From: Candidatus Saganbacteria bacterium | GTDB taxonomy: Bacteria; Margulisbacteria; WOR-1; JAPLLA01 | Assembly (NCBI GenBank): GCA_026387795.1 | Contig: JAPLLA010000019.1 | Location: forward strand, 2,972-66,971 | Length of the DNA stretch: 64,000 bases | Direction: 5' to 3' | Shown: positions 58,064 through 64,000 of the stretch, piece after piece | Numbering within the stretch: the first letter of the stretch is position 1 | Layout of the letters: every line of letters begins with the position of its first letter | Made by a program: the position numbers and the translations under genes | Notes under the pieces: generated by a model | What the model saw: the letters and a program-made list of their open reading frames with translations, nothing else | Database searches by the model: none | Told to the model about the DNA's origin: nothing

Positions 58064-58792
58064 TTATGTTTTCACAATCCGCATCTTGCCTCTAACCCCG
58101 AGCTGATCATCTTTTATAATGAGAGCTCCCTTGAGTCCTCTGATTCTTGTTGCCAGCTCCAATCCCTTTTCAATATCTTGAACGGTTTTTACTAAATTCC
58201 CGATTGCGGTAGCTGCTGCGTCTGCAAGCGCAGTAGATTTTGCGATTGTAACCACTGCGTCTGCTTTTCCAAAGCTTAAAGAGTGGCCAACAGTTCCTGC
58301 GGAAGTACAAACTCCAAGCGGCATGTCGGAAGGATCGATCTCTATGGCGATTTTATGGGTAAAAGGGGAATGGACTCCTGCAAATACGCCGATCCGCCTG
58401 GTTACCTCGCTCCGCATAAAAATGTCCCCGCCGTTTTCTACAATGATTTCCTGAGAATATTTCAAAAGGCCTCTTCCCACAAATTCCGCAACCGCACCTG
58501 CTACTGCTGCCATGGGGCCAACCTTTGCTGCTTCTCCTGCTTTAGCCATTTCTTTTACAATCTTGGGAGAAAAAAACGAAACCTTAACCGGCGCTAAACT
58601 GCTTTGGAAAATAGGATTTTGTGCAATGTAGGTTTCAAGCTCAAGCCGGTATTTTTTCACCAGTTCCAAGGCTTGGTCTTTTAAATTCCGGTTTGCCAGG
58701 ATCAAAAGGTCAGTCTCTTTTTCAATTACAGTGAAAGAGATCAAATCTTGACTGGAGAGTTGTTGGCGGTAAGTTCTTGGTTCGAAAATCAT
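58064..58792 (-). CDS. hypothetical protein (UPF0280/ApbE-like)
   Basis: 242-aa ORF; weak family resemblance only. Confidence 0.4.
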   Translation of the reverse strand: MIFEPRTYRQQLSSQDLISFTVIEKETDLLILANRNLKDQALELVKKYRLELETYIAQNPIFQSSLAPVKVSFFSPKIVKEMAKAGEAAKVGPMAAVAGAVAEFVGRGLLKYSQEIIVENGGDIFMRSEVTRRIGVFAGVHSPFTHKIAIEIDPSDMPLGVCTSAGTVGHSLSFGKADAVVTIAKSTALADAAATAIGNLVKTVQDIEKGLELATRIRGLKGALIIKDDQLGVRGKMRIVKT

Positions 58793-58808
58793 TTGAATCC
58801 TCTTTTAT

Positions 58809-58838
58809 GGAAACCGAGGCGTTTAGACTCAGGTTTCC
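58809..58838. repeat. REP-like single hairpin, copy C
   Basis: GGAAACCGAGGCGTTTAGACTCAGGTTTCC, identical in type to the second hairpin of copies A and B; between the hisB stop and the next gene start. Confidence 0.55.
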
Positions 58839-58841
58839 AAC

Positions 58842-59441
58842 TCATAGGATTCCCTTTGTCGAGGGTACCCCTCTTTTTCTGGGGTTAATCTGGCACGCTT
58901 TTCTTAGTGCTACTGCAAAAGCCTTGAAGATTGCTTCAATGATGTGGTGGGTATTTTCCCCGCGGATCAGATTAATATGTATATTAATGCCTGCATTGAG
59001 CACCAATGCTTCAAAAAACTCTTTTACTGTTTCAGCGTCAAATTCAGAAAAAGGCTTATATGGCAATTGTACGGCATACGTAAGATGAGGCCTGCCTGAT
59101 ACATCAATTACCACTTCTGCCAAAGCTTCGTCCATTGGCACTTTATTTTCCGCATAACGTTCAATCCCTTTTTTGTCTCCTAGAGCAACTCGGAAAGCTT
59201 GGCCCAGCACAATGCCCACGTCTTCTACTGTGTGGTGCATATCTATATGTATATCGCCTTTGCAGGAAAGTTTGAGGTCAAATAGCCCGTGTTTGGAAAA
59301 TAGCTCAAGCATGTGGTCAAAAAACCCGATCCCGGTTTTGATCTTGCTTTTCCCTGTACCATCGACGACTAAGTCGAGCTTGATGTCTGTTTCGCTGGTT
59401 TTTCTTTTAAGTGATGCTTTGCGTTTTTTCATGGTCTCCAT
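58842..59441 (-). CDS. hisB: imidazoleglycerol-phosphate dehydratase
   Basis: 199 aa; ...HIDMHHTVEDVGIVLGQAF... and ...INIHINLIRGENTHHIIEA typical of IGPD. Confidence 0.9.
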   Translation of the reverse strand: METMKKRKASLKRKTSETDIKLDLVVDGTGKSKIKTGIGFFDHMLELFSKHGLFDLKLSCKGDIHIDMHHTVEDVGIVLGQAFRVALGDKKGIERYAENKVPMDEALAEVVIDVSGRPHLTYAVQLPYKPFSEFDAETVKEFFEALVLNAGINIHINLIRGENTHHIIEAIFKAFAVALRKACQINPRKRGVPSTKGIL

Positions 59442-59450
59442 ATTATAACA

Positions 59451-60479
59451 TCAAAAAAGCTTCTCTTGTTTCGAATTTTCTTTTGCAGGGGATTTAAGCC
59501 CCAAGTGTTTATAAGCAGCAGGTGTTGCAGTGCGTCCTCTGGGAGTGCGGTCTACAAACCCGATCTGCATCAAGTATGGTTCGATCACATCTTCAATTGT
59601 ATCCGACTCTTCTCCGATTGCATTTGCCAAAGTATCCAGGCCCACTGGTCCGCCCCCAAACTTCTCAATTATTGAAGAGAGGATTTTGCGGTCGATTTTA
59701 TCCAGTCCCAACTCATCAATTTCCAGGGCAGAAAGTGCCATCTGGGCGGTGGCCTTATCAATCCTTCCCTTCGTTTTTACTTCTGCGTAATCCCTGACCC
59801 TTCGTAATAATCGGGTAGCAATCCTAGGAGTCCCTCTTGAGCGCTTTGCAATTTCATCTGCACCAACTGGGTCAATGGGAATATCCAGCACTTTGGCTGC
59901 GCGAGTGATAATCTGCTTCAATTCATCCAAGTTATAAAACTCGAGCCTGCAAACCATTCCAAATCTATCTCTCAAAGGAGAAGAAAGCAGGCCTGCTCTG
60001 GTAGTTGCTCCGATCAAGGTAAACTTTGGCAAGTCTAGGCGGATCGAACGCGCACTTGGACCTTTACCGATCACAATATCCAAGCCAAAGTCTTCCATAG
60101 CAGGATACAGAACTTCTTCCACTACGTGATTCAAGCGGTGGATCTCATCAATAAATAAAACATCTTTTTCTTTGAGGTTTGTAAGTATGGCTGCAAGGTC
60201 GCCTGGACGCTCGATTGCAGGACCGGACGTGATTTTTATCTCTACACCCATCTCGCCTGCAATAATGTGTGAGAGAGTGGTTTTTCCCAGTCCCGGCGGT
60301 CCGTAGAATAGGAGGTGCTCCAAAGATTCTCCGCGTTGCCTGGCTGCATCCATGTGCACCAGTAAATTCTCTTTAATTTTTTGCTGTCCTACAAAATGGT
60401 CAAGCTTGGTTGGGCGAAGCCCGGAAAAAAGGAGGTCTTCGGTTTGCGGGTCTTGGTTTAAAAGCTCATCTGCTACCAT
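59451..60479 (-). CDS. ruvB: Holliday junction branch migration helicase RuvB
   Basis: 342 aa; Walker [10 protein letters not shown]; ...LDHFVGQ... N-terminus; arginine finger region. Confidence 0.95.
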   Translation of the reverse strand: MVADELLNQDPQTEDLLFSGLRPTKLDHFVGQQKIKENLLVHMDAARQRGESLEHLLFYGPPGLGKTTLSHIIAGEMGVEIKITSGPAIERPGDLAAILTNLKEKDVLFIDEIHRLNHVVEEVLYPAMEDFGLDIVIGKGPSARSIRLDLPKFTLIGATTRAGLLSSPLRDRFGMVCRLEFYNLDELKQIITRAAKVLDIPIDPVGADEIAKRSRGTPRIATRLLRRVRDYAEVKTKGRIDKATAQMALSALEIDELGLDKIDRKILSSIIEKFGGGPVGLDTLANAIGEESDTIEDVIEPYLMQIGFVDRTPRGRTATPAAYKHLGLKSPAKENSKQEKLF

Positions 60480-62640
60480 AAATCCTCTTGTATTGTTGGT
60501 AGGAACGCATTACCTTTTTAACATAATTCCTGGTTTCTCGCAAAGGGATACTTTCCACAAAAACATCTACATCCAGGTCAGTTGCTCCCCCCAGCTCGTC
60601 AATCCACTTGCTAACCCGGCTTGGACCGCCGTTGTAAGCAGCCAAAGCATAATATTCTATCCCATAAAACCGGTTCAAAAGATCGGACAAATAATATGCT
60701 CCCATGGAGATATTTACTTGGGGGTCAAAAAGTTTTGGGGTCGCATAATCCCTAAACCCAAGCATTCTGGCCAAACCTTTTCCGGTTTTGGGCATAATCT
60801 GCATTAGTCCCCTTGCAGAAGAGCGTGAAACTGCCGATGAGCCAAACCTGCTCTCTTCCCTCATTACAGAAAGTACAAAGTATGGGTCTGTCCCGTGGAG
60901 TTTGGAATAAAAATCCACTTCTTTCCAGTAAGCCAAAGGATAGGCAAGCGGCCAAAGGTCCTGGGGTACAGAATCGAGCTTCCCTTTTTCCGTAGCAGTG
61001 CTTAAATAATTATCAGCTAAAAGAGTAGGGCCCCTAAATTCACCGATTGCAAAAAGAACTTTTCCCAAGGGGTACAAAATCTTATCATTGCGTGCCAGGT
61101 CTGCGGCTTCAATTGCAGCAAACCTGTAAAGCCCCAGGCTAAAGAGCGCGGAGTATCTTTGATAAACAGGATTTTGTTTTAAGTCTTCTTCTGATACTTG
61201 TCCGGAGTAATCCGCTTTCTTTAACAGTGCGCCCCAAAGGTCCAAGATGGGAGACATTTCCTCATCGCTCTCTTTTTCTTTAATTTTAAAGATGGAGAGG
61301 TCTACGCTGGGTTTTGTTTGGGCCCTTTCAATTGACTCTCCGTATTTTTTGAGCTGCAGGCCCGCCCTAAAAGCGTAATAACTATAGCGATTGTTTCTGA
61401 TGATTCTTTGGTAACAATCCACTGCCTGGTCTTTATGGTCCGTAACTTCCGCAGCTTTTGCCAGCCAATAAGTGAGCTGTTCGCCGCTTTCGTAGTTTTT
61501 GTATTTTTCATACGATGACTTCAAGCTTTCGTAAGCAGACTCCATGGATCCGATCCTATAATAAAGGAAGCCCAAATTGGCCGCAGCATCATCTACGATC
61601 GGGCTGCCCGGATATTTGGCCAGGAATCTTTTATAGATGGAGATTGCGGAGTCAAAATCGAGTTTTTTCTCGTATCTTTTTGCCAGGTCAAAAGCTGCTT
61701 GCTCTGCGTAAGTGCTGTGCGGGTAGACCTCCACCACTGTTTTTAGGGACTGGAGGCTCTCTTCTTCTTCCCCGGCATAAGCGTATGCAAAAGAGAGGTA
61801 GTAAGCTGCTTCCGGTGCAATCGGGGTGCCAAATTTGCCGCACCCCTCAAAAATATTGATCGCTTCTTTGGTTTTGCTTCTCCTAAGCTCGGATCTGCCA
61901 TACATTAAATAGGAGTACTTGCCAAGTAGCATCCCTGGGTAGCGGCTATACATAGTTTTAAAAGCATCGGATGCGCTCCTGTAATCTTTATTTGCCCAAA
62001 AGTTTACGGCCTCAATAAAACCGCGGTAATATTTCCTGTTTTTGGAAGTATATCTCTTTTTCAACGCATCTTTATATAAAAGCTCCAGGTTGTCCGAAGA
62101 GTCTGCGGGGTTTAAAACTACTGTCTTTTCAACCGGAACTTTCACTTTTTTCTTTTTGGCTGGGGGAGCAGCTTCTTCAATGGTTTTTTCTGTCTCATTC
62201 AAAAGAAATGAAGCCTCTTTTACTGCAGCAGAAAGGTCGTCGTTGCCGATAATTTTATTAAAAATGCTTTCTGCTTTGGCAAAATTCTTTAGGTTCATGT
62301 AACACTTGCCGCTTTGGAGTAAGGTAAAAGGGATCAAAGCGCTTTTAGGGTACTTATTCATGACGAGCTGATAATTTTGTAGGGCTTTCAAATAATCTTT
62401 TTCGTTGAAATAACTTTCCGCTATCCCAAACCCGGAATATTCGGACAAGGCATATGACTCATCTGTGCAGGTTTCAAACATCTTTCTGGCATCTGCAAAT
62501 TTTCCCTCTTTTGAGAGAGCAAAACCCTTTTGCAGAGACTGGTCATAGTTATTTTCTGTTGCAAAGGCAGTTACTGCCAGGCAAAAGAAGAAAAGCATCC
62601 CTATCAACGATATTTTTTTCACAGGCCAGCATTCTACCAC
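60466..62640 (-). CDS. soluble lytic murein transglycosylase (TPR/superhelical region plus SLT domain)
   Basis: 724 aa; signal peptide; C-terminal SLT motif ...[29 protein letters not shown]...AYNGGPSRV. Confidence 0.8.
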   Translation of the reverse strand: MVECWPVKKISLIGMLFFFCLAVTAFATENNYDQSLQKGFALSKEGKFADARKMFETCTDESYALSEYSGFGIAESYFNEKDYLKALQNYQLVMNKYPKSALIPFTLLQSGKCYMNLKNFAKAESIFNKIIGNDDLSAAVKEASFLLNETEKTIEEAAPPAKKKKVKVPVEKTVVLNPADSSDNLELLYKDALKKRYTSKNRKYYRGFIEAVNFWANKDYRSASDAFKTMYSRYPGMLLGKYSYLMYGRSELRRSKTKEAINIFEGCGKFGTPIAPEAAYYLSFAYAYAGEEEESLQSLKTVVEVYPHSTYAEQAAFDLAKRYEKKLDFDSAISIYKRFLAKYPGSPIVDDAAANLGFLYYRIGSMESAYESLKSSYEKYKNYESGEQLTYWLAKAAEVTDHKDQAVDCYQRIIRNNRYSYYAFRAGLQLKKYGESIERAQTKPSVDLSIFKIKEKESDEEMSPILDLWGALLKKADYSGQVSEEDLKQNPVYQRYSALFSLGLYRFAAIEAADLARNDKILYPLGKVLFAIGEFRGPTLLADNYLSTATEKGKLDSVPQDLWPLAYPLAYWKEVDFYSKLHGTDPYFVLSVMREESRFGSSAVSRSSARGLMQIMPKTGKGLARMLGFRDYATPKLFDPQVNISMGAYYLSDLLNRFYGIEYYALAAYNGGPSRVSKWIDELGGATDLDVDVFVESIPLRETRNYVKKVMRSYQQYKRIYGSR

Positions 62641-62947
62641 GCAAAACGAATTCTTGCCATTTCCAGCATTTCTTAGCTGGGGGGAACAATAATTGTAGAT
62701 GTAACAGGTGGTTTGTTTTCTCCAATTGTCTCACGGATTGTGCTATCACTTATAACCCCAATCTATTTAGGCCTCTAATTTTGTTACTCGAATTACCCAG
62801 ATTAAGCGAAGGGAAAGCAAAGCGCTATTTGCGTAATAGGCGATAGCGCAATTGGGGAGGAATTTGCGATTTGCTAAGAAGCAGGAAGGCGGCTCTTTAA
62901 AGTCCACACAACACTAAACAGTAGACAGGTGCCATCATTTTGTTTGC

Positions 62948-64000
62948 TTATATTTGTTCAGCCAGATTTTTTATTTGGGGAAGCAGGTAAAAAGGGATTG
63001 AGACAAGCGTAAAAGATATTTCTTTGGTCGAAACCTCTTCCTTGGCAAAGAGCCCATTGTAAACCCTGAAAAGCTTTTTTATCCCAGTTAATTTGGCAAA
63101 TTCCCTTAATGATTTGAGGTGCCCGCTTTTGCCGGATTTTACTTCAATTGCAAGGATGCTCCCGGAAAAAGGGAGCACAAAGTCAACTTCAGCAGTGCTT
63201 CCGGGTACGTCCCTATACCAATAAGAGAGAGAAGGTGTGCGATTTTCTTCCAAGGCCAAAAGCTGCTGTCCCGTAACCTGCTCTGCAATTTTGCCTCGGA
63301 AAAACTCATTTAGTTCAATTTTACCCAATAAAACATCTCTTATGCCCAAACGATAATTTACCAGGCCCGCATCAAGAAAAATTAATTTTGGGGCCTTTTT
63401 TATTTTCGGCGTTAAAGGTAGTGCAACGGAGTTGCTGGCTGCAGCGCGATAAACCAGCATGGCTTTTTCCAGTGTGTCAAACGCCGAGCTGATTTCACGG
63501 CTTTTAAACCCCGACCCTGCGAAGTTTTCGTAAGTGATGGTTTGCCCGGCAAAAAGAGGGGCGTTTTCTATTATGTGAACGAGGTATTTTGCGCTTGCCT
63601 CCGCAGCATATTTGGGAATATCTTCCAGGTAAGAAGTAAAAAGTGAATTGTAAATATGAGGAAGAAGAGAAAGGTTTTTTTCTTCTACGTAGGCCTTGAC
63701 TGCCTCTGGCATGCCACCAACCATTAAATATTCTCCAAAAAGCTTGGAGCTCATGTCATGAATGGGTCCCGGTATGGCAGTGTCAGGAGAAAAATTGCTT
63801 AAATAGGAGAGCGTTTCTTTTTCTCCAATTGCTTCCAGAAACTCAAAAAAGTCCAGCGGGTGAAGATATGCATATTCAACCCGTCCGACAGGGAAAGAAA
63901 ACCCCTCTTTTTTCATGCGGACTTCCATTAGAGATCCTGCGGCAATAACGTGAAGCAGCGGTTTTTCTTCGTAGAAAAAACGGAGCAGTTTTATTAGTGC
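62948..64000 (-). CDS. DUF4143-containing AAA-type ATPase, 5'-truncated at the window edge
   Basis: the reading frame stays open upstream of 63928 to the window end; the visible C-terminal part resembles DUF4143 ATPases. Confidence 0.5.
   Translation of the reverse strand, partial: ALIKLLRFFYEEKPLLHVIAAGSLMEVRMKKEGFSFPVGRVEYAYLHPLDFFEFLEAIGEKETLSYLSNFSPDTAIPGPIHDMSSKLFGEYLMVGGMPEAVKAYVEEKNLSLLPHIYNSLFTSYLEDIPKYAAEASAKYLVHIIENAPLFAGQTITYENFAGSGFKSREISSAFDTLEKAMLVYRAAASNSVALPLTPKIKKAPKLIFLDAGLVNYRLGIRDVLLGKIELNEFFRGKIAEQVTGQQLLALEENRTPSLSYWYRDVPGSTAEVDFVLPFSGSILAIEVKSGKSGHLKSLREFAKLTGIKKLFRVYNGLFAKEEVSTKEISFTLVSIPFYLLPQIKNLAEQI

Noticed and set aside
62641-62947. 300-nt intergenic region checked for tRNA or ncRNA
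   Set aside because: No T-loop (GTTCRANYC) or cloverleaf features recognised; left unannotated.

Overview
This looks like a chromosomal segment of a bacterium (no rRNA or tRNA in the window) that mixes housekeeping genes with several accessory insertions. I cannot place the organism from sequence alone.

Recognisable housekeeping and metabolic genes, in order:
- a sugar-utilisation block: ABC solute-binding protein, glmS, a GH42 beta-galactosidase and a GH94 glycoside phosphorylase
- nrdR followed by two tandem class III ribonucleotide reductase (nrdD) genes and a glutaredoxin-like gene
- fic, miaA, a YugP-like peptidase, an NrdG-like radical SAM activase, mgtC and an archease
- leuB and leuD, a disrupted leuC, a disrupted rnc, and pyrC
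- a CaCA-family exchanger, a short secretin, hisB, ruvB and an Slt-type lytic transglycosylase

Accessory and unusual content:
1. A 1.35-kb two-gene cassette (GHKL-type ATPase plus STAS-like protein) with its own consensus leaderless promoter and terminator. It sits exactly at the stop codon of the GH94 gene and is flanked by about 42-bp direct repeats of that gene's 3' end.
2. A roughly 16-kb minus-strand island of four giant genes (1853, 723, 585 and 1968 aa). Three share a conserved N-terminal module of about 600 aa. The largest also carries a PP2C phosphatase domain and a C-terminal transglutaminase-like Cys-His-Asp domain. The island is alanine-rich with somewhat higher GC, and REP-like double-hairpin elements lie at one edge and inside it.
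3. A JAMM/MPN+ metalloprotease followed by an 85-aa Cys/Gly-rich small protein ending in GG-AS, with a G10 homopolymer in the gap between them.
4. An IS200/IS605-like HuH (RAYT-type) transposase, plus three copies of a GGAAACC...GGTTTCC double-hairpin element.
5. Three housekeeping genes (the first nrdD copy, leuC and rnc) each carry a short internal out-of-frame deletion.
6. A recurring CGATATATATAT motif lies upstream of five or six genes, including the giant genes.
7. Several short tandem or direct repeat arrays lie in intergenic regions.
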